Source of the DNA: Eledone cirrhosa
Lineage: Eukaryota
DNA: 64,000 bases
NCBI GenBank assembly: GCA_964016885.1
Contig: OZ024742.1
Span: 144,770,001-144,834,000 of the forward strand
Reading direction: 5' to 3'
Part shown: positions 42,919 through 58,959 of the stretch, piece after piece
Numbering within the stretch: position 1 is the stretch's first letter
Layout: each line of letters begins with the position of its first letter
Notes under the pieces: model-generated
What the model was told of the DNA's origin: nothing
What the model saw: only the letters and a program-made list of their open reading frames with translations
Databases searched by the model: none
Made by a program: the position numbers and the translations under genes

Positions 42919-44857
42919 AACACATTATCAACATTACTTCTCTATTATCACCATAAAATTTATGGAAGTTTCTATTCTTTTGATTTATGCTACCACCTTT
43001 TCCCCATTCACTGAAACTACTACTACAACTGCCACTCATAGCCTACCCCATCGCCATAAAGAAATATAGAGCAATGGATAATGTAATATGCATTAAAAAG
43101 TTATTGAGTGGTCAGGATTAATATATCTTGCGATCATATGTCTCCACGATCAGAGATAACCTGGAGATAAGCAACAGCAACAACAACCCACCAACACTTC
43201 TTCATTTGAGCTAGCGAGGAAGCTTCTACGTAGACGCTCAAACTGCTAGAAATATAAAGGAAAACTTCCTCATATCACACCATATCTTATTTGAAATATA
43301 TATATATATCACAATGGGTAATATAGGCATAGATATATATGAAATGAAAGAAAAAGCAGATGTGTTAGTTAAGAGTGAAATGTCTTTGGGGCATAGATCT
43401 GCTCGATCAGGGATTACATGAAGCTAACCAACAACAACAGCAATGGCGTCACTGTCTCTAGTTGTTGTCTCGGTTCTTGTTTTGCCACTGGAAACTGAAG
43501 CCTTTCAGCAATAGAAAAAGGTGGATGATGAATATAATAAATACTGAACATGCAAGTCCCCTTTGAGTCATCGAACGTAGTTATTGCTGTGTCAGTGGAT
43601 GATACACTGCTGTCTATATACTCTCTCTTCCACTCTATCCCTACCATCTCCCTCCCGCTTCTTTTACCCTTTCTTTTTTATGTCTCAGACAGACGCCATG
43701 CTTATTTCAGCGTTTTATCATCATCTAGTTCAGCCATATAACAAAATATCTTCCTAAACAAACAACTAAATTACCATGTGACTAGGGTTTATTATCGTTA
43801 GCATCCATTCTGCTGGGCGTGCATCAAACAACTCTCTCCACAAACACACACATACACGCGCGCGCGTACATACACACATACACAGATCTATATGAAACAC
43901 ACACAACCGAAAACACACACATACACGCAACTCTCACACACATGCACACACTCACACACAGACGTCTAGAGATAACAGCAAAGAGGGAGAAATAGGGAAT
44001 TTCGTGTTGCTAACGTGTTTACAAAAAGAGTTTTAAGACACTAAAAAAAGTTAAGCATTTTATTGAAAATTTATATTTTTATAATTATCCTTTCCGAAAT
44101 TAAAGAAACATTTGGAATTTCTTTGCCTCAGTTTGTATGTAGTTTTATACGTATTAATTTTAACTTCATCTACTTTTTCATTTGCTGTCAAAAATTGATT
44201 GAGTTCCGTCTCGAAGCGACCACTGGTTTCAAACTCCAAACTAATTAGTCAGAAACCAACCATAAAAACCAACTCACATCCCTTGTGGGTTTGTCATTGT
44301 AAAAACATACAAACAAATTACAAATAATTCTCTCTGATATTTGTCTTCTTTATTTCTTCCTTTCGTCCGTTCTTTCTTGCTTATTGTCTTAAATTTTTTC
44401 TTTCTATTTTTTTTTTCTTTTGCATTTTTGTTCCTGTTTTAAGTCGGCTTCTAATATTGACAACTCATATATCTCTATTACCCAACGGTAAATATTGTAT
44501 GGTTTCCCATTTTTAATATTACTTCATCTAATATACGTTAGTTTCTGTGTGGAAGCAATATCTTTAAGAAATATTATTAGGAAATTGGCGTCTCATACAA
44601 TTTGTTGATATATGCTGATGGTTGTCTTGCTTCGTTAGTTGGTTCTTCTTCTTCTTCTTCTTCTTCTTCTTCTTCTTCTTCTTCTTCTTCTGCCACCACC
44701 ACCACCAACAACAAAAGCAACACCACTATCCCCACCCTCACCACCTCACCATTACCTCCAACACCATCACTACACCATCAGTACCACCACCACATGACCA
44801 CCGCCACCATCACCACCACCACTACTACTACTATAATTGTTTTCAATGTAAAACAAA

Positions 44858-44931
<74 letters not shown>

Positions 44932-45519
44932 AGATAGATAGATGGCAAATTCGTTGGTTGGCTGCATCACGCAGCATTAAAACTATAGCTGTCCTTACAG
45001 TAAAAACTGCTGCACATCATATATCTCTGTTACGAGTCAAAGACTTGATTATTTTTACTACCTGCTTCTCATTCACTGTTTTATTTTGAGTACTTTGGGG
45101 AAAACTATGTTTTGAGATGTTTTGAGTTTACAATAATATACTAATACAATTAGTACTTAAAGTTGACAACCAACCCTTAGTAAAATGTTTAACTATTGTG
45201 GTTAGACAGACGTGTGTAACAGAATATGAGAAATAAGACAAAAAAATGTATTAGTTGTAATATAATCATTCTATTCTAAGATAAAAGTAATCGAATAATA
45301 TTAGCATAGAGAATTAATATTCTAAAGCCTCAAAAGTGTAAAATATATCGGATTGGGATAAATAAAACTATATGATAAATGCAAGATGTATAGTACTATT
45401 CAGCGACAGACTGGCTTTTGTCAGAAACTGACATTTTGAATCTATTGTTTCAACTGTCCCAATCGACTAACAAGATGATGATGAAATATGTTATGTAAAT
45501 CTTCTTATATCTTCGATAA

Positions 45520-46085
45520 ATCTTCTTCTTCTTCTTCTTCTTCTTCTTCTTCTTCTTCTTCTTCTTCTTCTTCTTCTTCTTCTTCTTCTTGGATCCCCAA
45601 GCATGGCTAGTCGAGCTTATGGATGTTATCCAACCATCTTGATTAAGGTATACATCTGGGTCTCCTGCCGGCTGGTTTTGCCCGTAAAATCTGTGCAGCG
45701 ATTCTTTCCTGAGACATTCTAACCACATGTCTCAAAATTTAGAAAAATAGCGGTGCTACCTGGAGCGACTCTCTGATCCAAACGACGCACCGTCTGAAGT
45801 TTCGCTACTTCAAAGACCCTTCGGAGGAATCCCATTTCGGCCGCTTGTATTCACGATCATATTATTTCGGTCATTACACAAGATTCATAACTACAGGTAA
45901 GGGTTGGCACGAATACCGAATTGAAGATAGCGAGTTCAGTTTTTACACTTACCTTCTTTCTTGTGGTGTCCGAATAGAGAAGATGGTGCATTACTGTACC
46001 AGCTCCAGCATTTCAAGCAGTTAATTCAGCTTCCTGCCTTCCATAACTCGTGAACACGGTTCCAAGAGATTTGAACACCTAAGGC
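45520..46085 (-). mobile_element. RTE-clade LINE 3' fragment ending in (GAA)n
   Basis: Minus strand SLGTVFTSYGR; PTLTCSYESCVMT..IQAAEMGFLRRV; HVVRMSQER..PAGRRPR..SRWLDNI. Confidence 0.75.
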
Positions 46086-46438
46086 GTAGGTGGCTCACAT
46101 GGAAAACGTTACAATTACAATGAACTTACAGGTAGACATGTTAAAAGATGTTCTTCAACATGACATCTGGTTGGAAGCAGGGGAAATTCAGAGGACGATG
46201 CTGAACAGCGTGAGCTGGCAGAGGAACTTCGTCACGGCCCCGGTAGGCTAACTGAATACGCACGAGTGCTGTTTTTATCACTCTTTATCTTTCTATTTCA
46301 TCTTTTATTTCTCATTCTATCTTCTGATGAAGGACTAGTGTCCGAAATATTAATACTATTTTCCTATTATTTCAAGTGTAAAACTAATAAATTTCTTCAT
46401 TGAGTTGTCGTATGCTTTGTTATTTCTGTTTACTTTTT

Positions 46439-46611
<173 letters not shown>

Positions 46612-46711
46612 GACAATGGAACGGGCGAAGGCTTCAAGAACATCACCTTTGTCAGTTCCCTTGTCGTTTTAATTTGGATTGCCTCGAGAACGTAACTTTA
46701 TTATGTAAGAA

Positions 46712-46786
46712 GCTGCCTGATGAGATCATGGCACTGGGTACGCGGAATCGCGTGGTCACTGTCGTCATTGAAATATGTATTACAGC
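46712..46786 (+). ncRNA. Type I hammerhead motif in a diverged family K copy (46670-46840)
   Basis: gctgc-CTGATGA-(long stem II with acgcg/cgcgt)-GAAA-tatgta-TT-acagc. Confidence 0.62.
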
Positions 46787-47484
46787 CTTATCAATAAAGG
46801 ACTTTAACATCTGAAACTACTTCACATTTTCTTATTCTCTCTCGCTCTATATATACATGTGTGTGTGTGTGTGTATGTGTGTGTATATATATATATATAC
46901 TATAAAGTATGTCCATAGAATCATTTGATAATATATATACACCATTTCCTCTCTCCCAATTAGCACAATCAACCACACAAAAAAACAATTAAACCAGGCT
47001 ATAAGATTAATAGAGAAATAATAGATAAATAAACGACACCAATCTATTTGCGATCAACCGCTATAGAACATTTACAATAGCACGTGGAAATCGATTAAAT
47101 ATACCGTCAACCATACACAATTAGGTATAAAATTAAAGTTAGAAGAAAAAATGCATATACACATACCAGGACTACGTTTCTACCCTTAGGGTTTCGTTCG
47201 CTTTCGGAACTATCCTATGAAGGATAAATTCTCGAGCTTCGAACTCATCAGGAAACAAACTCACTTGGACAAAGATTTTTCTTAAATGATCCCCGCCAGA
47301 AACGAATTCAAAATGGCTAAGAACTGTGACGTGGCAGTGGTCAAGTCAGAAAGAATGTGATTGGTGGGTTACGGCGAGTGGGCTGGTTGCTAGAAAGCGC
47401 AGCCCAATATTGCCCAAATTACATCTCAACCTTATGGGAGATTATCAAATATAAAGATTTACATATACACAAACTAGACAAAGT

Positions 47485-47596
<112 letters not shown>

Positions 47597-47759
47597 CTAT
47601 TTTCCTTTAATTGTGGTCCATGTTTTATAGCTCTCGCTCCCACCGGTGAGAAGACTCAAACAGGTGTCAAAGGGATTCTATGCTAAATGAAATTGGCTAT
47701 GTTCTCTTCAATGGTACTTTACCGTAAAATAAAAAAAAACAACTTGAACTACCTCGTAA

Positions 47760-48510
47760 TACCGGGCAGTCGACCAACACACGAGATGACGAGCCCTGTC
47801 CAGTGAGTATCTTGGAAGTGTTCGTCAACGCCTACCACCATCCACTGAACCGTTTTGATTTCAAAAGCGCTCTTTTCATCGTACCGATATCTTCGGAATA
47901 GAACTCGCAATTTCCGCTCCTTCTATTGCAATAGCAATATCATCATGAAACAGGCGAACAAGGGCGACTACTCTTTGCCATCCTCCCCAACTCTTCACTT
48001 TGAACAACTCGTGTCCTCTACCATTCGCCTTCTCTTTCTTATCCTCACCGCTACCAGCTTCATCATCCACACACTTCGTACTTCCACTATTTATTTCCGT
48101 TCCAAAATACGAAAAAAAAAAAATAACGACGATCTGGTTGCCCCATGGTCTCTGCCAGTAGCTACTCAAGAGAGCAATATTTAAGCTTACTTGGACGCGA
48201 TGCTCACACCATTGATGACCATCATCTTCATTCAGTTCACCAGGTTCATACCTGATCAATACGGTATTTATATTAACGACAACTAGGTGCTACTTCCCTC
48301 AATAGACCAACTCTTTTATATTATCTTCTGCTTCTTTCACCTCCTTTATCTCTGCCATTTTCTAGACTTTTCTGTCTTTAAACCTCATTCCCATTGCTTC
48401 CTCGCAACCTCTGACACCTTCAAGTCCACTGACTCCCACTCATACTGCCACGTAATCCCCATCCACCCCATCCACACAAAGAACACCTTAATTTACTCCC
48501 AATTCTCCCC
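47760..48510 (+). mobile_element. Degenerate Neptune-like PLE RT fragment
   Basis: NIIMKQANKG (KPADKG-like) and TSTIYFRSKI; similar to 63350-63950. Confidence 0.6.
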
Positions 48511-48621
48511 CCCCCCCCAAAAAAAAAGAGATAATTTTGAGATTAGGCTGTTGAGTCGGCATTTATAACGCCAGCCAAGTCCAAACCGCTCATGAAGTCA
48601 ACCGCACCACCACTATGTATG

Positions 48622-48695
<74 letters not shown>

Positions 48696-48716
48696 GTGTG
48701 TGTGAGAGAGAGTGAG

Positions 48717-48819
<103 letters not shown>

Positions 48820-48951
48820 ACAGGGAACAAGGAAAATGTATAAGGCGCTGCAACACAATGAAACAAAACAGACCCTTTCATTGACCAACCCCTATAGTTA
48901 GGTGGGAAGGCAGGCTTGAAAACTTGATAGCCATTCCAGTAGATTTTAGGT

Positions 48952-50127
48952 ATGTGGCTACAACACAAGACATGTGGCTACAACACAAGACATGTGGTAC
49001 AACACAAGACATGTCGCTACAACACAAGAAATGTGGCTACAACACAAGACATGTGGCTACAACACAAGACATGTCGCTACAACACAAGACATGTGGCTAC
49101 AACACAAGCCATGTGGCCACAACACAAGACATGTGGCTACAACACAAGACATGTGGCTACAACACAAGACATGTGGCTACAACACAAGACATGTGGCTAC
49201 AACACAAGACATGTGGCTAGAACACAAGACATGTGGCTACAACACAAGACATGTGGCTACAACACAAGACATGTGGCTACAACACAAGAAATGTGGCAAC
49301 AACACAAGAAATGTAGCTACATCACAACACATGTAGCTACAACACAAGAAATGTGGCTACAGCACAAGAAATGTAGCTACAATACAAGACATGTAGCTAC
49401 AACACAAGACATGTAGCTACAACACAAGACATGTGGCTACAACACAAGAAATGTAGCTACAACACAAGACATGTAGCTACAACACAAGACATGTAGCTAC
49501 AACACAAGAAATGTGGCTACAACACAAGAAATGTAGCTACAACACAAGACATGTAGCTACAACACAAGACATGTAGCTACAACACAAGAAATGTGGCTAC
49601 AACACAAGACATGTGGCTACAACACAAAACATGTGGCTACAACACAAGACATGTGGCTACAACACAAGACATTTAGCTATAACACGAGAAATGTGGCTAC
49701 AACACAAGAAATGTGGCTACAACACAAGACATGTGGCTACAACACAAGACATGTAGCTACAACACAAGAAATGTGACTACAACACAAGACATATGGTCAC
49801 AACACAAGAAATGTGGCTACAACACAAGACATGTGGCTACAACACAAGACATGTGGCTACAACACAAGAAATGTGGCTACAACACAAGACATGTAGCTAC
49901 AACACAAGACAGGTGGCTACAACACAAGACATGTAGCTACAACACAAGAAATGTGGCTACAACACAAGACATATGGTCACAACACAAGAAATGTGGCTAC
50001 AACACAAGAAATGTGGCTACAACACAAGACAAGTGGCAACAACACAAGACGTGTGGCTACAACACAACACATGTAGCTACAACACAACACATGTAGCTAC
50101 AACACAAGACATGTGGCTACAACACAA
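48952..50127. repeat. 20-bp minisatellite, ~59 units, consensus atgtggctacaacacaagac
   Basis: Contiguous units with variant positions (g/a, c/a) and no spacers. Confidence 0.97.
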
Positions 50128-50504
50128 TCTTCCTGTTCAAGAACCTTGTTTAGATGACTCAACATATCTCTTCCTCATTGCCGTTACCTTCGTGTGAAAT
50201 TGACGAAAGACTTTTCTGTGCGGATTTACGTTTGTCAACACATTGCATTACTTCGGTCACAGGGCTTCTCCGTGTATCTTTTGTTGTCATTTTTCTTCCT
50301 TGTCCCATTCCCTAGCAGCTCATCCGGTTGTTACCTTTCTATAATTTCCCCCTACATATACCATCATATTTCGGTCCAAAGACTTATGTATATCATGTGT
50401 TATTTCTTTGAATTTCCAGTATTAAAAACTTCTTTTTTTTTCTTCTTTTTTTTTTCTTTTTTTTTTTTTTGTCATTTTTCATTTTGCTTTATTTTTATGT
50501 TGAT

Positions 50505-51100
<596 letters not shown>

Positions 51101-52869
51101 GTGTAAGTGTGTGTAAGTATATAAGTATGTATGCACGTTTGTATGTATGTGCCTGTGTTTATACATATGCTCATCTAATTAAACATCTATTCTGAGACCC
51201 TGTACACTTACTTCAGTAGAACATTTGAATGATATTCTATTGAAATAAGTGTGTTGATGTTTTATAATTTCTAACTTTTGCTATTTTTCTAATGCAGAGT
51301 GAAAACCAAATTTATGAAGCGTTTCTTTTTCTACTTGAACAGAAAAAAAACTCATAGACAAAGTTCACAATTCTCCAGATATCAGAACATCCCCCGTGTG
51401 ATGGCAGAGTGGTTAAAGTTTCTATCTAATAAAAAGATTAAAGGAAAAATGAGTGAAGATAAAAGGATGTAATGGAAATTAGAAGTCTGGTTAAGCCAAT
51501 GAACTTTTTGAAAATAAACCGAACAGTTCGCTAAGAATATGTCTATTACAGAAACTTTTGTGAGATTAGCTAGTCTCTATGGAAATATCTATACAACTGA
51601 ACAATGATTAGTTGTGTTGACATGAATATTAAACAACTAGACATGTGCAGGTGCAATAATTCGGAAGAGAGCTGTTGATGGACGTGTCGATAGGAGGATA
51701 TCCTATCGAATAACAAAGTGAAAAGTATTAATTTGCAATCAGATTTCACTTCACTTACAAATGAGGTAGACAGTATATATTGCTTAGTGTACCTTATTCG
51801 ATTTAATATCTTTGATATGTTGTCGAATCCGGGATTATGAAGTTTTAAGTTCCGATTTCCATATCTCGTGAAAGTTATTTAGACGACGTTCGTTGACCGT
51901 GTGTTTTATGTTAATCTGTTCTGTAAAGCTGTAATATACAATATAAAACTGTAATAAACGATACAAAAGTATTTGTTTACTCTATCAGACCTGCCAAACT
52001 CTAAAAACACAAATGGGGAGTACCATGTGCCTCAAACGGGGCGAAATGAGGCAAAATGGAGAGATTTTATGAGATCTATACCCATTTTCACAAGAAAAGA
52101 CATCTCTCACCCACCCCAAAGTAGGTGGGAGATTTCCTCGCCTGAAGAGGAAGTTGACAAGTATTATGAGGTTAAATGCATCAGAGGGAATTCAGCTAAA
52201 CATACCCAAGTACCTGGTTGTGTTATTAAACCAGGTGACGGATTAATTCTACTACTCAAGTAGGCTACAGGAGAATTTGAACTCAGAATGCAAAGAGCTG
52301 GAAAAATGAGGCAAAGCATCCCGTTTGACGTTTTTTACGACTCCACCAGATCAGAGCCTTAGACTGGTAATTTAGTTATCCTCTCCAGAAAGATGAAATG
52401 CAAGGTTGACGTCGGCGGGATTTGATCCTACAAGGCTTTTTGTCCAACACTAAAACGCTTCCGCCAACTTGTCAGTTGAATGCATACGATATGTTTTATA
52501 GAAAGCTTAGTTGGTGTACATAAGACATGAATAGAAAAAAAATGATTTGCTTTTAAATATAATATGAATTTCTTATATAAACAACAGGCCTTAGATTTAT
52601 AGGTGGAAAACAATAAGTATAAAGCCAATACATTTGAATGCTCAACATATATCTTTCCAAGTTCGCAGGCGTCACTTGTGTGAATGACAGCAGATTTTGT
52701 ATTCGTCAAATTTTTGTCTGTTCTTTCGCCTATTCTGACTAAAGAAGCTAAATAGAGTGACAATCTTCTGTTTTTCTAACTTCGGACTGTTCTTTGGTTT
52801 CTTATAATCATCTTCTCTTTTAGTATCACGATACTTTTTTAAACATGACGTGTAAATTGATGAAAACCT

Positions 52870-53240
52870 TCTTCCTTTCATTCATAACCAACTTCACCAC
52901 CCTCACCGGTACAAACCATTTCTTTCACATACTCTACTCCTTCATCTGCAGCTCCACCAACATCGTCTATACCATCCGGTTTACCATTTGCAGGTCCATA
53001 TACATCGGACAAACAGGTCACTGTCTGGCGGACCGATTCACAGAACACCCGAGGGACATAGAACTTGGAAAAGACAAACTCGTCACCTGTCACTTCCGTT
53101 CCCTCAAACACTCTACTCAATACCTCACTCACTTAGGCATCATTTTACACCACAGACACCCAGCCACTCACATCAGAACTGGGTAGAACTTCATTTTTCG
53201 TCGTGGAACCACGCTCTCGAATGACCCCCAACTCCTATCC
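52870..53240 (+). mobile_element. Neptune-like PLE GIY-YIG fragment
   Basis: FICSSTNIVYTIRFTICRSIYIGQTGHCLADRFTEH...VTCHF. Confidence 0.8.
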
Positions 53241-53494
53241 ATTGGTACAATTGGTACAAAGCCAGTAATTTTGGCGAAGAAAGATGAAAGTCGATTAAAT
53301 TGATTCCAGTAGCAGACTTATACTATATTTTATCGATCCCAGAAAGACGAAAGGCAAAGTTAATCTCAGCGGGATTTGAACACAGAGAATAAAGAACCGG
53401 AAGAAATACCACGAAACATTTCCTCAGCCACCAAAGATGCTAGTCCCCCTTCCTGGAAATGCATTGGCAGATACAGCCTGGCAATAGTATCATC

Positions 53495-53610
53495 TAGCAA
53501 AACTACGTAAAATAAAGTGTCTTGTTTAAGGTCACAATGTGCACCCCCCTGTCCAAGAATCGAACTCACGACTTTAGGATCATGAACCCAACACCCTGTC
53601 CACTAGCCTT
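53495..53610 (-). mobile_element. tRNA-derived SINE head
   Basis: Minus strand ggctagtgg...gtgagttcgattcttgga...caagacacttta. Confidence 0.65.
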
Positions 53611-54880
53611 TACAATAGGATAATAATAAGGTTGCGGGATACCCATGCCTGACTCAAGAGCATTACTGACAAAGGTATAGAGAAATGTCTTTGCTAGTCC
53701 AGTTAGTCGGTTGTTAACTGTCCAGGCTATGTGCTAATTCAACGCAAACACCCAATCTGTATAGCTGCAAATAAAGCAGTAACGTAACTGTATAATTCAC
53801 AAGTGTTATGACTGCAATGCTAATTGGACACCATAGATCTAATAAAGTGAATTAAAGAATGAGAAAATATTTCAATGAGTCCTCTTTTAGGTGAATATTA
53901 TTTCACAAAGAAAAAACTCTGTCGGGGGCCAAATTACCAAATTGTGTACAGGACATGACATTAGTTATACAGCTGAGAACTTCCATGCAATATTCTGTTC
54001 ATTTTATGTTGTTTCCTATTCTGTTCATTTATGTTGTTTCCTATTCTGTTAATTTATATTGTCTGGTTGTGTAACATATGTTTGTCTATAGCATTCAATT
54101 ACTCCGGAACTCAGTATAGACTTCTGTCCACTTACATAATTTAGAATGTCTATTTCATTTATTTGTTTCTCGCAATTCAATTGATACATAACTATTGTAC
54201 GAGACGTTTGGCTATATTGAAGCTGTCTAACTGTTAAGTGAGATAGAAGTAAGTTTACTGAAACCAGTTTGACTACATATTCGCTTATCAGTTATCTGCA
54301 TCTAAGCTTGTGTATCAAGTAAAGGTGCATTGGAGCTTATACCAGTTTTCACGGTAAATAGTTGAGAAATATTTTCACCCTTTTATATCAGAGCCAGTTT
54401 ATGGTAGGTAACTGTTGTAGTTGTCTTTGTTGTTTAGCTTCTAGTTAGCCTTAATCTCGACCTATCAGATCTGTGATCAAAGGAATACCAGCTGTGGCCA
54501 TCTTGTTTCCTTTTGTTCGGCTATAATGCCATAGTGTACTCCTGACTATATCGGGAAATTTAAAGTCAAACCTGTGCGTTAACTAAATGCAGGCTATATA
54601 CTGCATCGAGCAATGTAAAAAGTCTTAAAAAAGTCGATTGTTTGTGACAATTGCGGGGAAATGGAGTAGAAACCAACAAAATTTCTTCTGTGAAACTGAC
54701 ATGCTAATGATTACGTACTATATATTTGTGAAGATGTTGAAGGGACCTAATAGATCATATCAATCCAGTGTGGTAGTTATTTCATCGATCCCTTTTTGTC
54801 ACAAGGCTGTTACAGAACTCAAACAGTAAATCTAAATACAGACAGAAAAACACGCACACACATATTTAATTACATATCTT

Positions 54881-54975
<95 letters not shown>

Positions 54976-54990
54976 GTGTGTGTATATATA

Positions 54991-55216
54991 TAGTAGTAAT
55001 AATAAATGTGAAGACTAAAATCCAAAGAGGACTCGATAAGGATAAATATATATCAAATATATAAGAACCCCAGAGCAAATATTTATTAAAATAACAGATT
55101 AAAGTTTAAGAAAAGAATCGCTGCTTTCACCCTTCTGAAACTCAAGTTTTAGAAGATCCCGTTAAGGGTGAAAGCAGCGATTCTTTGCTTAAACTTTAAT
55201 CTGTTATTTTAATAAA
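54991..55216 (-). mobile_element. Short family B fold-back with tail (other partial copies at 25550-25632 and 60000-60120)
   Basis: 55078-55134 is the inverse of 55164-55218; tail at 54991-55078. Confidence 0.78.
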
Positions 55217-55247
55217 TAAATAAATAAATAAATATATATATAGAGAG

Positions 55248-55399
<152 letters not shown>

Positions 55400-57043
55400 A
55401 TGCGGAAAGTAAACAATACAATACAATGAAGCTATATATTAGTTTAACGCTTGGTATATTATGAACAGAGTCTTAACGTTTTGGACGCTAGGCATTCATC
55501 AAAAGATAGAAGGGACACGTGTGTTAGTTTGTTTGTCTGTTCAAAATCGTAAATGAATGTGCGTTAGAACGTTGCTGTGAGATTGATGAAATGCGAGTGC
55601 GTGCGTACGTGAGCTGATCAACGCAGGGAGGTATATGTATGTATATGTGTACCTGCGTACACCTACTGACATATACACAGAAGTAGAAGCAGTCACAGGG
55701 TGTTGTAGAGAAAGGGAAGCAGTAGAGAGCATGATTGTAGCCCGTTATGATTTCGTGGGTATGACCGTAAGAGAAACTACTAAAATTCGGGTATGACTGT
55801 ATGGTAGTACAAAATGTAGAGTTACTGTGTGGGGTGGAGATAGAGCCGGGGTGCGGTGATGGAGGTGATGAAGGGAGTAAATGTGGAGAAATATTCAACA
55901 CCGGCAGCACCCCTGCTTCGACGCTGGGTGCCATGCGAACACATCCACCTTTGAAAAAAATACAACCACGTTAAATTATGGTGTGCTTTCATCAGATAAA
56001 ATATAATATAGATCAGTTTTATAAATAAATATTGACATACCCTTAAAGAATGCGACCATTTCTGTTGGAAGCTCCCGGATAGTGGGGTTATAAATTTATT
56101 TATACTATTATGCAAATTAGTATCGGATATTTTAAAATCACAGTAGATTTAAAATAAGCCGTTGGGGTATGGAGAGAGGGAAAGAGAAAAAAGAAAAAAG
56201 AAAAAAAGCAACTTTAAGAGGAAAATAAGAAAACGAGAAAAAGAGAAAGAGAGAAAGAGAAAAAAAGAAAAGAGAAAAGAGAAAGCGAAATAGAAAGCCC
56301 TAAGTGATAGGTTGTTGTATTAGCATAACTTTTAAGATGAAGTGAACAAATAAATATTTTTGGATGAGTAAAGTAAATAAGTAAATAAGCGTGAATGGAA
56401 AATACTCGTGAATGGAAAATGAATTTTAACCAGTGTTTAAATATGATTAAATGTTTAGTTTATCAATTAAATTATCCATCAAATTATTGAGATCTATACA
56501 TTAAAAGTTGAGATCTATATATTATTAAAACCCATATATTATTAAAAGAATATATTCATATATACGTACGCACACATACATACACATACATATAAATATA
56601 TATATATACCTACACATACCATACACATAGATAAAGGACTTTTTGTGTATAAGATATAGGAATTTTCTTAAACTTATATATTTTTCTGAGAAACCAGAGA
56701 AAAAAACCCGGAGAAAAACATTTCTATGTAATAGCAAAACAGCGTGAAGGAAATTAAGTTATTTACCTATATTAAATGTTATAAATGTCAAGATAACAAA
56801 GGAAATTTAAGATTATAGAAACCTTATGTTATAATACAAACCTTATATTATAAATTTTAGATTTAGTAAATACACCTGTTATGTAGTTGTGACTGTTATT
56901 ATATAAGTTTGTTTATCACGAACCTTAACGAAACCCTTATAATCTAGTGCATTTGAATTGTATGCATATATATATATATATATACATACAACTCGCACAT
57001 ATATACACATAGACATAGATACACTTACAGGTAGATATGCATC

Positions 57044-57192
<149 letters not shown>

Positions 57193-57689
57193 TACAGTAC
57201 ATAATATATAAAAAAATAAGATAAAAATGAATTATATTACGATTTGGAAATATATTCTTACAATTATAAGCAATATAACTTTAAAGCAATATAATTTTAA
57301 AAAATTACAGAATATCTTAATATATAATTTTAAAATAAGAATATGTCTAAAATATTCAGTATAAAATTTTAATTTTTTTATACAATATTTAACTCTCAGT
57401 ATGTTTAACTTAATGTTATAACTATATGGGAAATGTTCATAGAAAAAGAAAGAGAAACTTTCAAAAGAGAAACTTTCAAAAATAGGAGAAACCTTTCAAA
57501 GAAAATATTTTCTCCTTTTAAGAGCTTTCGGTATGTTTATCTAGAAAAATTTACTAGGAAAAATTTTTTATATTTGAGAGTTTAAGCAGTCAAATGAAGG
57601 AATCTAATAATTTATCGATAGGTTCAATATATTAATAGAATTAATTATATATTACATTTTAAATTTATATTTAAACGTTGAGTTCAATC

Positions 57690-58790
57690 TATGTCTGCAG
57701 CAACTGAATAGATTGCTTCTTACATTTAGGGAATTTTTGCTTTTTAATATAAAGAATATTTCCTCTATACAAAGATCTGAAGAGGAATTAAAAGGAGTAG
57801 CTTTTGAAATAATATTCCAAAGTAACGAATATTTAACGTTCTTTAATTTGAGGTCCCATAATAAGCTAGATAGAGAAGTTGAAGATTTTTTTGTTTAAAT
57901 GCGTAAAAGAGCTTTTATTGTTATTAAAACGAGATTCAAATCTGTGGAAGTAGATCCTACATAATTAAATGAATTTAAATTAGTTATTACATTACAATTA
58001 TATACTATATTTTTAGCTAAGCAATGACGGACAATTAGATTTATTTCTACAGTTACATTTATCAAATTGGATATTAGTGGGGTTATTAGTGGTATTTTGG
58101 TTAGGTTTTAAATTTCTATTATTAATTCTATTAATATTCTGCGCTAAATTTTTGGTGGATGAATAGTATATTTTATAGTATGTCTATTAAAAATTGAGTA
58201 ATATCTATGTGTTCTAGGGAAGCATTTGTCAAGAGCTTTAAAAAATAGTTTAGCAATAGGGGTTTTAATATTTAACGAGAAAGGAGGAGCGAACCATAAT
58301 ATATTCTAGTTCTATTTCTTTTCTTGTTTTCCGAATTATTTTAAGGTTTTCTATTATAGTTGTTAAAATTGTTAGGATTATGATTAGTTGTTATATTATT
58401 ATTATCAATGTATTTAATTTTATTTTTATATCCAGCTCTACCTAACGCTTCGTTGTAATAATGTGCTTTATCATCAAATATATTTTTATTAGCTGAAATT
58501 CTAGAAATGCGTTGCTGTACAGAATTCACTATAGTATTTTTAACGGATCTGGGGTGATTAGAGTTAAAATTAACGTAGTTTAAGTTCTCGTTTAGTTTGT
58601 GAAAAGGATAATGAAGACATGTGTTAAGGTTTAACGTTACATCTAGAAAATTAACTATTTTATGGTTATTCTCTATTTCTACTTTTAGATTAAGGTAATT
58701 AAAAAATTGTATAATTTCTTTTCTTTTCCTATTTAATTCACAGTTATTATTTTCGATAAGTAAAAGCATGTCGTCACGATATAAATATAT
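57690..58790 (-). mobile_element. AT-rich Penelope-like element fragment (RT YRDD to endonuclease C-terminus), frameshifted
   Basis: YRDDML, VNFLDVTLNL, YVNFNSNHP, ALGRAGY, IIWFAPPFS, CNCRNKSNCP, KNIVY, YVGST, LWDLK..CCRH. Confidence 0.85.
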
Positions 58791-58959
58791 ACATTGAAAT
58801 ATGTATAATGAAATAAATATGGTTTTATAAATATGGTTTCCATTTGTTAATATATCGTTTTTATTCCAATAATTTGTTGAGTGCTTTATATCAGTTATAA
58901 AAATATTTGCTTGTTGTATCCCAACAATTTAAATAGAACTTCTACATATATATATATAT

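Noticed and set aside
46324-46352. Hammerhead-like CTGATGA-aggac(tagt)gtcc-GAAA; weaker cases at 4135-4185, 31852, 55940-55995 and 59120-59152
   Set aside because: Stem I or the GAAA/UH part is missing, so they are at most decayed relics and were not counted.
48952-50127. Possible CRISPR array or repetitive protein gene
   Set aside because: Units are contiguous with no unique spacers, there are no cas genes, the context is eukaryotic, and the frames contain stops.
57690-58790. Selenocysteine-encoding (Naiad-type) PLE
   Set aside because: The Cys positions I could read use TGT/TGC and I saw no in-frame TGA at motif positions.
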